DNA of 62,046 bases, filler included, from Actinomycetota bacterium (GCA_009886115.1; 4 parts of 4 records of this genome joined end to end with filler, not necessarily neighbours in it); one strand, 5' to 3'. Positions 9,094-18,994 are shown, counted from the whole stretch's first letter. The notes: generated by a model not told the origin, from the sequence alone. Translations and numbers: made by a program.

Positions 9094-10245
9094 ATGGATG
9101 CTGATCGTTACGCCGACACGATCTTCGGCCGGGCCCGACGCACCGTCGGGCGTGACGGCTACGTCGCGTACTTCCCTCGACCCGTACCACGCAACGTTCC
9201 GATCTCGTCGGCCAACGTGATGCTGCTCGCGGATGCCGAGGCGGCACTTGGCCGTCTGGCCGGCCTCGTTCGCCTGCTCCCCGATCCCCACCTGCTCTCG
9301 CGCCCCTACACGAGACGCGAAGCCTTGGCGTCGACGCGTATCGAGGGCACGCAGGCTTCTCTGCTCGAGGTGTTCGACGCCGAGACCAGCGATCAGGCCC
9401 TCGGCCCCGACGTCGAGCAGGTCGTGAGCTACGTCCTCGCCATGGAAACCGGTTTGGAGCGCTTGAAGACCCTGCCGCTCAGCGTGCAGCTGATCCGCGA
9501 GCTGCACGGCGTGGTGCTCGCAGGGCTCAGGGGCCGCGATGGGCAACCAGGTGAGCTCAGGACGACGCAGAACTGGATCGGAGCGGCGGGAGCGACGATC
9601 GAGGCCGCCATCTTCGTCCCTCCGCCACCCGAGGAGCTCGAGTCGTTGCTCGGCGACCTCGAGCGATTCGTGCACGAGGAGCCGCAACTCCCGCCGCTCG
9701 TGCAAGCCGCGCTCGTGCACTACCAGTTCGAGACGATCCGACCCTTCCTCGATGGCAATGGCCGTCTCGGTCGGCTCCTCATCGTCTTGTTCCTCGTCGT
9801 TCGCGATCGCCTACCCGCTCCGCTCCTGTATCTGTCGTCGTACTTCGAGACGCGCCGGGCCGAGTACCACGAAGCGCTGCAGGGTGTGCGAGAGCGCGGT
9901 GACCTCGACACGTGGCTCGCCTTGTTCCTCGACGGTGTGAGGACCCAGTCGGTTGACGCCGTCGTGCGCGCCGAGCGGCTGACCGATCTGCGAGCGCGCT
10001 ACCGCTCTCGGGTTCAGGCGGCGACCCGAGGGGCTGCGATCCGCCTCGTCGACCTGGTCTTCGAGCGACCGGTGGTCAACAGCCGCTTCGTCGAGGGCCG
10101 GCTGGGCATCTCCCGTCCCTCAGCGCTCAACGCGCTCCGACAACTCGCTGAACTCGGGGTGTTGATCGAGATTCCCGACGGGCCCCGGGGCCAGTTGCGC
10201 TGGTACGCCAACGAGGTCCTCACGATCTTGATGGATGAGCGCTGA
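9094..10245 (+). CDS. Fic family protein with non-canonical motif (RPFLDGNGRLGR)
   Basis: STRIEG inhibitory-type motif, HYQFETI-R-PFLDGNGRLGR, C-terminal HTH-like region. Confidence 0.92.
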   Translation: MDADRYADTIFGRARRTVGRDGYVAYFPRPVPRNVPISSANVMLLADAEAALGRLAGLVRLLPDPHLLSRPYTRREALASTRIEGTQASLLEVFDAETSDQALGPDVEQVVSYVLAMETGLERLKTLPLSVQLIRELHGVVLAGLRGRDGQPGELRTTQNWIGAAGATIEAAIFVPPPPEELESLLGDLERFVHEEPQLPPLVQAALVHYQFETIRPFLDGNGRLGRLLIVLFLVVRDRLPAPLLYLSSYFETRRAEYHEALQGVRERGDLDTWLALFLDGVRTQSVDAVVRAERLTDLRARYRSRVQAATRGAAIRLVDLVFERPVVNSRFVEGRLGISRPSALNALRQLAELGVLIEIPDGPRGQLRWYANEVLTILMDER

Positions 10246-10327
10246 GCGGTCGGCCCTGCGGGTGGGCCGCTTTCGGCGCCGCAGGAACCGGCTCGACCTG
10301 ACGAGGCGTGCTTCGTAGGCTGCGCTC

Positions 10328-11359
10328 GTGGCCCTCGAGAATCGTGACGAGATCGCGAACCTGATCTTCCTGGTCGACGAGGCCCTCGACGACGGGCGCT
10401 TCGAGGCTGTCGGAGCGCTGCTGGCCCATGCCCGGTCGACGGTCGCCGGCACCGACAAGGTCCTCGCCGGTGCCGAAGCGGTCACCGACGATTGTCGACG
10501 GTCGATCCGGCTGCACGGTGACGGTCTGCCGCACACGCTGACGCTGAGCACGAACCTGGTGGCCGACATCGATGGCGTCGCGGGCACGGCCGCCGCGAGC
10601 TCGCTGTTCACCGTGTGGCAGCAGGCCGACGGGTTCGCGCTCGGGCCCATCCTCGGCGGCGCGCAGAACGACACGTTCGAGCGCGTCGAGGGTCGGTGGC
10701 GCTTCGCGACCAGGCACATGGAGGTGCACCACGTCGGTGACCTCAGCGCCCACGTCGGTGGCGGCAGCGACCCCGAGCGCCCGGCGGCGCCGCTGCCGCT
10801 GCCGCTGCCGGGCGCCCCCGGCGGTATCGGCCTGGGCAGCACGAGCGGTGGAGGCGAGCGAGCCGGTTCGGGAGCCAATGGCCGACCCGGTAACTCGGCC
10901 GACGAGATCCGCGACCTCATGTACGAGTACTGCTGGCTCGTCGACCGGGCCGAGTTCGACGCCATGGGCGCTCTGTTCGCCCACGCCGTCAGCCGCAACG
11001 GCACCGACCCCAGCATCGAGATCGGCAGCGGCGCGGCGATCGCCGCCATGTACCACGGGCATCATCGGCTCTACGACGCTGGCGACGGGACACGCACGCC
11101 GTTCGCGAGACACCTGTGCACGAACGTCATCCTCGACATCGACGACGATCATCCAAGGAGCGGACGGGCGACGGCCCGCTCGAAGTACGTGGTGCAGCAG
11201 GCGGTCGCCGAGACGGGTTTTGCGTTGCAGGCCATCGTCGCCGGCCGCTACCACGACACCTTCGAGCGGGTCGACGGCACCTGGCGCTTCGCCGAGCGCA
11301 TCTTCTTCGTCGACTTCCTCGGCGACATGGCAGCGCATCACCACCCGGCCGCGCCCTGA
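10328..11359 (+). CDS. Tandem double SnoaL/NTF2-domain protein
   Basis: Two similar domains (DEI..L, TNL/TNV, DTFERV.G.WRF) joined by a G/P-rich linker. Confidence 0.85.
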   Translation: MALENRDEIANLIFLVDEALDDGRFEAVGALLAHARSTVAGTDKVLAGAEAVTDDCRRSIRLHGDGLPHTLTLSTNLVADIDGVAGTAAASSLFTVWQQADGFALGPILGGAQNDTFERVEGRWRFATRHMEVHHVGDLSAHVGGGSDPERPAAPLPLPLPGAPGGIGLGSTSGGGERAGSGANGRPGNSADEIRDLMYEYCWLVDRAEFDAMGALFAHAVSRNGTDPSIEIGSGAAIAAMYHGHHRLYDAGDGTRTPFARHLCTNVILDIDDDHPRSGRATARSKYVVQQAVAETGFALQAIVAGRYHDTFERVDGTWRFAERIFFVDFLGDMAAHHHPAAP

Positions 11360-11369
11360 CCGTCGGTCG

Positions 11370-12542
11370 TCAGCTCCGGAGCGGGGTGGAGCCGGCGAGG
11401 CCCAGCAGCTCGGGACTCGTGTACAGCCGGGGCGGGCGACCCGGTCCCGTCGACTTCAGCGTGCCGTGCTCGACGAGCACACCCGCGGCGACGAGATCGC
11501 GCAGCGCCGCGGTCGCAGACTTCAGGGGGATGCCGAGCGCTGCGGCGACGAACGGCCCGGTGAGCATGAGGTGGCGCGGCAGGAGCTCGAGAACGCGCCA
11601 GGCGGCGGCGTCGTGGCGGAGTCGCCGTCGCCCCGGTCGATGCGCGGCCAGCCGCGTGTCCCACGTTCGGAGCACGTCCTGGACGGCAGCCACCAGCTCC
11701 TGGTGTGCACGCCCCGCGCCGGAGACGGCGTCGGCGAACCACTGAACCCACCGGTTGTGCTCGCCGAGCCGGAACAGCACGAGCCCGGAGCTGTAACCAC
11801 CAACATCCGCAGCGATGCTGGTGCTGACCGGCGGAGGGATCACGAGCGAGAGACGACGTACCAGGACCCACGCGGTGAGCACCCTGCCGATCCGGCCGTT
11901 GCCGTCGGCGAACGGGTGGATGATCTCGAACTGGGCGTGGGAGACCGCGGCTTGGCTGACCGGGTCGATGTCGGTCCGGTTGACGTACGCCACGAGATCG
12001 TCGAGGAGCTCGGGCAGGTGCTCGGGCGGCGGCGTGACGAGGTGCGCGTCGAGCGGTGACACCCCGCCGATCCATCCCTGCTCATGACGGACTACGCCGA
12101 CGTGGCGCGCTGGCACAGGGCTTCCTGTCATGAGCGTCCGATGCCAGCGACACAGGGCATCGACCGTCAGCGGCTCGTCGTGCGCCTCCTCGAGGGCCTG
12201 GGTGATGGCTGCCAAGTTGGCGGCGATCCAGGCCGCCGTCGAGGGGCCGGCATCGTGGCCCTCCTCGGCGAGCACGATGTCGACGACGGGGGCCTTCACA
12301 CCCTCGATGAACGAGGACGCGACGCCTTCGGTACGCACGAGCAGGCGGGCGAGCGCGGCGTGGTCTTCGGGAAGGGCTTCGGCTCCGTGCAGAACGGCGG
12401 CGTGGGCCCGGGCGGCGCTGGCGACGGACCCGGCGTCGAGTGTGAGGTCGCGTTCGGCGAGACGAGCGGGCACGAACGCTCGCGCCCGGCGGCCTCGCCA
12501 CAGAATGGGGGGTACGTCCACACCGGCCGGTACCACCGCCAC
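11370..12542 (-). CDS. Fic family protein (canonical motif)
   Basis: SSFIEG and HPFADGNGRIGR. Confidence 0.93.
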   Translation of the reverse strand: MAVVPAGVDVPPILWRGRRARAFVPARLAERDLTLDAGSVASAARAHAAVLHGAEALPEDHAALARLLVRTEGVASSFIEGVKAPVVDIVLAEEGHDAGPSTAAWIAANLAAITQALEEAHDEPLTVDALCRWHRTLMTGSPVPARHVGVVRHEQGWIGGVSPLDAHLVTPPPEHLPELLDDLVAYVNRTDIDPVSQAAVSHAQFEIIHPFADGNGRIGRVLTAWVLVRRLSLVIPPPVSTSIAADVGGYSSGLVLFRLGEHNRWVQWFADAVSGAGRAHQELVAAVQDVLRTWDTRLAAHRPGRRRLRHDAAAWRVLELLPRHLMLTGPFVAAALGIPLKSATAALRDLVAAGVLVEHGTLKSTGPGRPPRLYTSPELLGLAGSTPLRS

Positions 12543-12645
12543 CTTTCCGTACGTTTACCTCCCTAAGTGTATGTTATTCGGGCACCTCGCTCACGGCGGC
12601 CCGACATGCTGTGGCCTTCTCATCTGCGACGTGGAGGCTGAGCCG

Positions 12646-13059
12646 ATGCACCTCGAACACATGACGCTCATTGTCCACGACTACGACGAGGCGATCCGCT
12701 TCTTTGTCGACGCGCTCGGGTTCGAACTCGTCGAGGATTCACCCTCCACGACAAACGACGGTCGGCCGAAGCGCTGGGTCGTGGTCAGACCACCTGGCGC
12801 CGCGACGGGTCTGCTGCTCGCACGAGCGGACGGAGACCGGCAGCAGTCCGTCGTCGGCGCGCAGTACGCGGGCCGCGTCGGGCTCTTCCTACGCGTCGAT
12901 GACTTCGAGGCTGCCCGGCAGCGGATGCTCGATCGCGGCGTCGAGTTCGTGACCGAACCACGCGACGAGCCGTACGGCCGCTTCGCCGTCTTTGTGGACG
13001 TCGCCGGCAACCGATGGGATCTCCTGGGCCACGCCGGTGACCTCGCTCGACGACGGTGA
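12646..13059 (+). CDS. VOC/glyoxalase family protein
   Basis: VHDYDEAIRFF, EPRDEPYG, DVAGNRWDL; GGAGG RBS. Confidence 0.9.
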   Translation: MHLEHMTLIVHDYDEAIRFFVDALGFELVEDSPSTTNDGRPKRWVVVRPPGAATGLLLARADGDRQQSVVGAQYAGRVGLFLRVDDFEAARQRMLDRGVEFVTEPRDEPYGRFAVFVDVAGNRWDLLGHAGDLARRR

Positions 13060-13147
13060 TCTGCCACGCGAGTGGGGCAGGCCCAACCCGAACCGACCGC
13101 CGCCGCGGTCCAACGCTACGACGCCTCGAAGCGCCGCCGTGTTGCCG

Positions 13148-13453
13148 TCAATCGTGCCCAACGTCAGTGAGGATCGTGGTCAGGTCTTGAGCATCGGCGA
13201 GAAGCCGAACGACGTCGACGTGGTCATCGGTGCCGAAGGACAGCCAGCTGAACCGGAAACCGACGACGCGGCGGGCCCGCAGTCCCGGGATGCCGCACAG
13301 CTCGCCGACGCGTAACGATCCTGCGCCTGGCATGCGCGTGATCGCGCCGAGCGCTGCCACGGCGGCGTCGAAGAATCGTTCGCCGAGGCCGTCGCCGCCC
13401 TCTCGCCGGTAATGGTGGGAGCCGACGACGTTGGCGCCATCGACGAGCAGCAC
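13148..13453 (-). pseudogene. Chimeric remnant: NYN/PIN-like N-terminus joined to a ParE/RelE-like toxin body
   Basis: VLLVDGANVVGS followed by HYRREGGDGLGERFFDAA...PGAGS...GLR...VDVVRLL; no antitoxin nearby. Confidence 0.5.
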
Positions 13454-13595
13454 ACTCGAATTCTCAGCGTTTTGATGGTGCCGGGCCAGGCGCCACTCAA
13501 CGATGTCCATGAAGAGCGTTCCCCTGCGGTGTCCCTGATCTCCGGCTCGGCGACCTCGTTCGACACGTCGGGGACGCCCGACCGGCCGGGTCCAG

Positions 13596-14096
13596 CTACG
13601 ACGACGAGGCGTCGAGGTATGCCACGAAGATCTCACGTGGCCAGTAGCGGACGACCTCCACTGCGTCAGCCTCGACCAGCTCGGCCCTGACCCGGTCGTG
13701 GTCGTAGCAGTTGAGCTCGTACTGGTTCCCCCAGGGGTCGACGAGATCGAACGCCCAACACAGGTCGAAGTCAACGAGATCGGTGAGCATGAGACGCTCG
13801 CCGCGCGGGTTGTCGATCCCGCGGGGCAGCGCGCGGGCGAACGACATGAAGCTGTCCGCGTCGACGCTGAACGCAACACCGGTCCGCTGCGGAACCATCG
13901 GGTGACCTTCACTGGCCTCGAACAGCGCCAGCATCGTCCTACCGCCATCGGCCGATAGCTGGAGCGGTCCGCCCTCGAACCCGGTCGCCCAGAAGTCGTA
14001 CGTGTCGACGGGCTCGAACCCGAGGTGCTCCGCGTACCACCTGGCGGCTTCCGCCCGATCCGGCACGCGGATGTGCACGTGGTCGAGCCGTCCCAT
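13596..14096 (-). CDS. VOC family protein
   Basis: LDHVHIRVPD...WY...LGF, DPWGNQYEL; start could be 14123. Confidence 0.85.
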   Translation of the reverse strand: MGRLDHVHIRVPDRAEAARWYAEHLGFEPVDTYDFWATGFEGGPLQLSADGGRTMLALFEASEGHPMVPQRTGVAFSVDADSFMSFARALPRGIDNPRGERLMLTDLVDFDLCWAFDLVDPWGNQYELNCYDHDRVRAELVEADAVEVVRYWPREIFVAYLDASSS

Positions 14097-14475
14097 GCGG
14101 AATCCTGACCGCGCTGATTGCATGTCTCCATCGTATATTCCGCGTGCAGACTGTTGGCACTGTCGGTCGGGCCGCTTGCATGCCCTGTCCTACGACGCCG
14201 GATCGGAGGCACCCGGTATGCGAGCTTCGCCACTCCGTAAACGCCCATCCCCCGGTTTGAGACGATGCAGATGTGCAGCCTCTCCGAGCACACCGACGAG
14301 ATGGTGCACTGGCCGAGGCGGCAACGTCCGCTCCGCTCAGGCCCCGAGCAGGCGGGCCAGCTGGTCCGCCTGGTCGGCGTCGTCGGGTGCTGGCACACTC
14401 GCCGACGACTTCCCGCCGAGCGCAGAGGGCCCGGCCGGCACCTGATCGAACCGACCACACCCGGAGACACGAGCC

Positions 14476-14629
14476 ATGAACGAGCGGAGTTACGAGACGG
14501 TGTTGTACCGGCAGGAGAACGGGGTCGCGTACGTCACGCTCAATCGGCCCAAGCAGCTCAACGCCTTCAACGGCGCCATGTGCTCGGAGCTGCGTGACCT
14601 CTGGCGAGGGTTGCGGCCCGACACGTCGG
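14476..14629 (+). CDS. Enoyl-CoA hydratase/isomerase, 5' partial (contig end)
   Basis: YETVLY...VAYVTLNRPKQLNAFN. Confidence 0.85.
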
Positions 14630-14729
14630 NNNNNNNNNNNNNNNNNNNNNNNNNNNNNNNNNNNNNNNNNNNNTTAATTAATTAANNNNNNNNNNNNNNN
14701 NNNNNNNNNNNNNNNNNNNNNNNNNNNNN
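14630..14729. other. Artificial contig linker
   Basis: 44 N + TTAATTAATTAA (stops in all frames) + 44 N. Confidence 0.99.
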
Positions 14730-14796
14730 CCAGCCGCTCGCCCGGCCCTCGGTCCCGACCAACCGTTCTTCGCGCTTCAAGCCCAAGGCCTCTATG

Positions 14797-14899
14797 GCGA
14801 TCGTCCTCCGCATCAACACCATGCCCCGCCGCAGCCTCCACTGGTCAACCGCACACGACGTCTACCATTCCGCTGTCGCGATGACCGGTTGAACCCGCC
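14797..14899 (+). mobile_element. IS30-family remnant (transposase C-terminus plus terminal repeat)
   Basis: AIVLRINTMPRRSLHWSTAHDVY...VAMTG* resembles the IS30 LNxRPRKxLxWxTP tail; ends GACCGGTTGAACCCGCC. Confidence 0.65.
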
Positions 14900-15403
14900 C
14901 ACGGTGGCTGGGAGTGTCGGGTCCTCACACCCCGCTGAGCTCCGAAGTGCCGGAGATCGAAGGCACGTCAACAGCGCGAGCATCTCCGAGGGGCACTGCC
15001 GCTCAGTCTGCTGTTTCGAGTCGTCTGCCCCAACGAGTCGTTGGTCGCCTGCCAGCGGGACCCCTGGCTCTACCGTCGATCACCGGCCCATGCGACGCTC
15101 GGGGCACGTCGAGAGCGTCGGTTCCGGCACCGACCGGCCACCGAAGGCGAAGGAGCTGTGCGATGCGCCCTACGAGCCATGAGATCCCGCCCCGGGTCGA
15201 CGAGGACGCCGAGGGCGAGGACGCAGTGATCGCTGAGCTCCAAGAGGAGCTGCCGTGGGCGGTGGCGTTTGACCGCACCGCTCCCGTCGACGAGTTCGTC
15301 GCTCGGCTCGACCCGAGACCCGAGACCCGGATCCGTCACGAAGTGCCGGAGGTGTTCGACGCCGTGTCGGACCGGCCCGACTCGCTGCGTTCGGTCGACG
15401 CCG

Positions 15404-15678
15404 ACCGTTGGGGCGCCCTGCGTCTCAGCACCGTGGGGCGGCGGTCCTGAAGGGAGCTCCGACATGTCGAGGTTGCCGTCACGGTCGAGAGCATGGTGGT
15501 GAAGGAGGAGCACATGTCCGGGTCGAAGGCTCAGCCACGACTTCCCCCTCGCTGGTTCATACGGCTGTTCTGGTTCACCCATCGCCGTGTGTACCGGTTG
15601 ACGCGTGGCCGTCTGGGTCTGTGGCGGTCGAAGCCCAACCGTTGGGGCGCCCTGCGTCTCAGCACCGTGGGGCGGCGG
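15404..15678 (+). repeat. 41-bp exact direct repeat (15404-15444 and 15638-15678)
   Basis: ACCGTTGGGGCGCCCTGCGTCTCAGCACCGTGGGGCGGCGG occurs twice; the second copy is inside the nitroreductase gene. Confidence 0.9.
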
Positions 15679-15978
15679 ACCGGCCGTCAGCACAGCGTGA
15701 TGGTCGGGTACTTCGAGGATGAGCCGAACCTCGTCACGATGGCGATGAACGGCTGGGGCGAGGGCGAGCCGGCGTGGTGGCTGAACCTGCAGGCCCACCC
15801 CGACGTTCGGGTCGACCTTGCCGACGGGCCGCCCCGTCTGGTCACCGGCCGAGCCGCCACAGGCGACGAGCGGGAACGGCTGTGGTCACGGTGGCGAGAG
15901 CTCGACAAGAACCTGGACGCCTACGCCGCACGCCGCTCGTCCGAAACCGCCGTCGTCATCCTGGAACCGCGATCTTGA
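15514..15978 (+). CDS. F420-dependent (deazaflavin) nitroreductase family protein
   Basis: LSTVGRRTG, GWG...PAWWLNLQAHP, YAAR..R/SET.VVILEP; AAGGAGG RBS. Confidence 0.9.
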   Translation: MSGSKAQPRLPPRWFIRLFWFTHRRVYRLTRGRLGLWRSKPNRWGALRLSTVGRRTGRQHSVMVGYFEDEPNLVTMAMNGWGEGEPAWWLNLQAHPDVRVDLADGPPRLVTGRAATGDERERLWSRWRELDKNLDAYAARRSSETAVVILEPRS

Positions 15979-16282
15979 TGTCTTGAGGTTTCACGTCGTT
16001 CCCGCTGGGTGGGTAGCGCTCGCTGAACCCGACGAGGAAGCTATCGGCGCGTTGGCTGTACCGCTCGTACATCGCGAGGACACCGTAGAGTCCGGGGTTG
16101 GGCCGGCCGGTGAAGACGAAGAAGACCCAGTAGACGAAGAAGGCTGCGGCGGCCAGGCTCCGAAGCGCCTGCTGGATGATCGCGTGGGGGATGTACAACA
16201 CCCAGTGCACGAGCGGTCGCCACCGTGCGACCTCATAGGGCGAGTCGACGACGTACATCTTCGCTGGTGTGGTTGCATCCAT
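15956..16282 (-). pseudogene. DUF4389-like membrane protein, probably 3'-truncated
   Basis: RWRPLVHWVLYIPH...FTGR.N.GL...ERYPP, a single repeat that then runs into the nitroreductase 3' end. Confidence 0.6.
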
Positions 16283-16353
16283 GACGGGTGTGGCTCCTTC
16301 GAGGCTCTCGATGTTGACGATCTACCGCTATTCGTGACCAGCCGGCACGTCGC

Positions 16354-16767
16354 TCAGGTGGATGAGGGGCTCGCGTCAACGTCGATGACGGTGAAGCGGC
16401 CGTCGGCTTCAGCCTTGAGCTCGAGCACCACATGCTCTTTCCAGGTGATCCCCGATGCCGTCGTCGTTCCCTCGATCGTCGCGAGATCGATGCCGACGAG
16501 CTCGACCGCTGGCTCACCACACTGGGGCGGGAAGCTCTCGAGGATCGCGAAGCACAGCCGCGTGGCCCCCTCGTCGCCGTACAGGAAGCCTTGGACGGCG
16601 ATTGGCGTGTCAGCGGAACGCTCGATCAGTTGCTGGACCGTGATCGGATCGAGTGGGCTCGTCGGGCCCGTCCCCCCGTCGGTGTCGTCGTCGCCGCAGC
16701 CGGCAACGGCGGACACCATGCCGAGGGCCACGGTGAGCACCGCGACAGCCCGGAATCGCTTCCGCAT
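16354..16767 (-). CDS. Lipoprotein
   Basis: Signal peptide with VAGC lipobox; LC.AILESFPPQC motif. Confidence 0.75.
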   Translation of the reverse strand: MRKRFRAVAVLTVALGMVSAVAGCGDDDTDGGTGPTSPLDPITVQQLIERSADTPIAVQGFLYGDEGATRLCFAILESFPPQCGEPAVELVGIDLATIEGTTTASGITWKEHVVLELKAEADGRFTVIDVDASPSST

Positions 16768-16837
16768 CAATGGAAACTCGCTCTCTGCGGTTCGGGAGGT
16801 GACGGGTGGTCCGCCTGGTCCCGTCGGGTCTTCGGCC

Positions 16838-17290
16838 TCAGGTGGCGGTTGCCGGGAGTCGGGGCACCGGGCGGCCGTGGACGACCTGCTCGACGATCGG
16901 GGCGACGATGTCGCCGAGCTGATGGGCCGCATCGATGATGAGATCATCGAGGGTCAGGATGCCGACGAGTTCCACGCCATCCACCAGCGGGAGCCGGCGG
17001 ATGCCGTGGCGGCTGAACGCGGCGAGGGCGTCTCGAAGGTCGGCATCCGCAGCGAGCGCCACGACGCCAGAGCTCATCACCGAGTCGATGCGAGCGTCGG
17101 TGGGGTACAGGCGCGCGACGCCGCGGACGACGATGTCGCGGTCGGTCACGATGCCCGTGAGACGAGATCCGTCGAGGACGAGGAGCGCGCCGATGCCGTG
17201 TCGTTCCATCGACTGCGCAGCCTGGGCGATCGTCTGTCCGGCGTCGATGGTGATCACGGGATGGCGACGCGCGGCGTCGATTGCGTTCAT
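16838..17290 (-). CDS. CBS-domain pair protein (Hrp1/Rv2626c-like)
   Basis: GIVTDRDIV, IRRLPLVD, GILTLDDL; GGAGG RBS. Confidence 0.9.
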   Translation of the reverse strand: MNAIDAARRHPVITIDAGQTIAQAAQSMERHGIGALLVLDGSRLTGIVTDRDIVVRGVARLYPTDARIDSVMSSGVVALAADADLRDALAAFSRHGIRRLPLVDGVELVGILTLDDLIIDAAHQLGDIVAPIVEQVVHGRPVPRLPATAT

Positions 17291-17460
17291 GGGACCTCCT
17301 CGATCGCGGCCACGCACGGGCGAGCCGTCGGCGCGCCGCTGTGCTGTCGTCGACCCTCCATGTCTAGAACAATGGGCGAGCACGTCGAAAGAGCCGTCCG
17401 TCCCGATGTTGTTGCCGCTCGACTCTGGATGGCGCCGACCGGCGGGTCGACCATGGAACG

Positions 17461-17667
17461 ATGAGCCCGCGAGCGAACCCGGAAGCCGATCTGGTCGAGC
17501 AACTCGGCCGGTGGGTGTCGTATGGGTTGATCGCCCCGGAGCAGGCGGCGGCAGTCGTTGCGTACGAGCATCCGAGCGCGGTCGAGGCGCAACCGACGCT
17601 TCCCGAGGCCTCGGTGACGCAGCTGCGCCAACGCTCCGGTCGCGTCCCGGTCGTCGCGGAAGCGCTC
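17461..17667 (+). pseudogene. DUF2157-like membrane protein N-terminal fragment
   Basis: LGRWVSYGLIAPEQAAAV...VVAEAL, then breaks off. Confidence 0.55.
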
Positions 17668-17858
17668 GACGGGCTCAGGATCACCACGAACGCCATCTCG
17701 TCGACATGGAGGCTCACGTCCTCCAGCGCTGTCACGGTCACGTCGCCGACCCGGTAGCGCTTGGCGACATCGTCGAGGTCGATGCGCGTCCCCGCCGCAT
17801 CGACCGTCGCGGTCCCGCCTGCCGTTGGGGCAGCGGGTATCCCCCGTGGCGATGTCAT
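17668..17858 (-). pseudogene. ABC transporter ATPase (LolD-like) N-terminal fragment
   Basis: DVAKRYRVGDVTVTALEDVSL...FVVILSPS, cut at Walker A. Confidence 0.75.
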
Positions 17859-18025
17859 GCTCGATCCCCTCGATCCCGCGTTCTGGCGTTCCCTCGTGGC
17901 CGGCGGTCGCGGCGTGGTTGGCCGTCGACCGTGCATCACCACTGCTCCCGAGCTCCCGACCGTCCCCGACCGTGGTCGCCCGGCGACGTCGACGCGACCT
18001 TGGCAGGTGCGGGCCCGGTACCGCA

Positions 18026-18039
18026 GTGCCGTTCGGCCC
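18026..18039. promoter_or_regulatory. Candidate DosR box upstream of usp
   Basis: GTGCCGTTCGGCCC resembles the GGGAC-N4-GNCCC core. Confidence 0.45.
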
Positions 18040-18097
18040 GTCGTGCGCGGTCCTCGGGTCCTGGTGGGTCGGCGTCGCTGGGCCGCACACTGGAGCC

Positions 18098-18931
18098 ATG
18101 TTCGAGACGATCGTGGTCCCCCTGGACGGTTCGGAGCTTTCAGCCCGGGCCCTGCACCCGGCATCCGCCATTGCGGTTCGGACCGGCGCCGATCTCCGCG
18201 TGGTGAGCGCGGTCGGGCACGAACGCGACGTTGCGGCGCGTGCCCGGGCGCTGGAGACCCAGATCGCGCAGACCGGAATCCTGGCCGTTGCGGTCGATGT
18301 CACCGTCGCCAACCCCGCAGACCTGATCTCCACCGAGGCCGGTCATTCCGACCAGCTGGTGTGCATGGCCTCCCACAGTCGCGGGCGCGTCGGTGAGGCG
18401 TTGTTCGGGTCGGTCGCCGAGGTCGTGGTCCGAAACGCCCGTCGGCCCATCGTGCTGGTCGGCCCGCACTACGAGCCGCCGAAACCGGTCCCGCTCGACC
18501 GCGTGCTGGTGGCGCTCGACGGCTCCCGTCCGTCTCGCGAGGTGATCCCGTTCGTCGCCGAGTGGGCCGAGCACCTGGGGCTGAAGGTGAGCCTGGCCCT
18601 GGTCGTCACCCCCGCGGCGACCGAGCAGGCGCTGAACCAGTCGGTCGTCGTCGAGCCGGTGATGGAAGCGGCGCCGCTCGAGCGTGTTGCTGCCGGTCTC
18701 GTCGACCAGGGCTTGACGGTCGACTGGGACGTGTTGCACGGCCCCGACCCGGCCACCAGCATCGTGCGAGCCGCGGTCGACGGCTCGGCCTCGATCATCG
18801 CGATGACGACCCACGGCCGCACCGGGCTCGCCCGGATCGTCGCCGGGAGCGTCGCGATGGCGGTGGTCCATCACAGCCCATGCCCGGTCCTGCTCCTGCG
18901 CCCGCCCTCGTCGTCGTCGCCCTCGTGGTGA
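18098..18931 (+). CDS. Universal stress protein (two USP domains)
   Basis: IVVPLDGS, MASHSRG...FGSVAE; VALDGS, MTTHGRTG...GSVA. Confidence 0.93.
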   Translation: MFETIVVPLDGSELSARALHPASAIAVRTGADLRVVSAVGHERDVAARARALETQIAQTGILAVAVDVTVANPADLISTEAGHSDQLVCMASHSRGRVGEALFGSVAEVVVRNARRPIVLVGPHYEPPKPVPLDRVLVALDGSRPSREVIPFVAEWAEHLGLKVSLALVVTPAATEQALNQSVVVEPVMEAAPLERVAAGLVDQGLTVDWDVLHGPDPATSIVRAAVDGSASIIAMTTHGRTGLARIVAGSVAMAVVHHSPCPVLLLRPPSSSSPSW

Positions 18932-18994
18932 AGCCGTCGTCGTGAACGTCGCCGTGAAAGCCGGTGGGCCGAGCCGGCGACTCCGCTGCGGCAG

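Noticed and set aside
14630..14729. TTAATTAATTAA palindrome within N runs (also 34844-34943 and 49906-50005)
   Set aside because: Identical synthetic contig spacer; adjacency across it has no biological meaning
14900..15400. ORFs between the IS30 remnant and the nitroreductase gene
   Set aside because: No recognisable motif in any frame; probably decayed DNA
15404..15678. 41-bp repeat as CRISPR or DGR template/variable repeat
   Set aside because: Only two copies, one is coding sequence, the core has no adenine-specific mismatches, and no cas or reverse transcriptase gene is present
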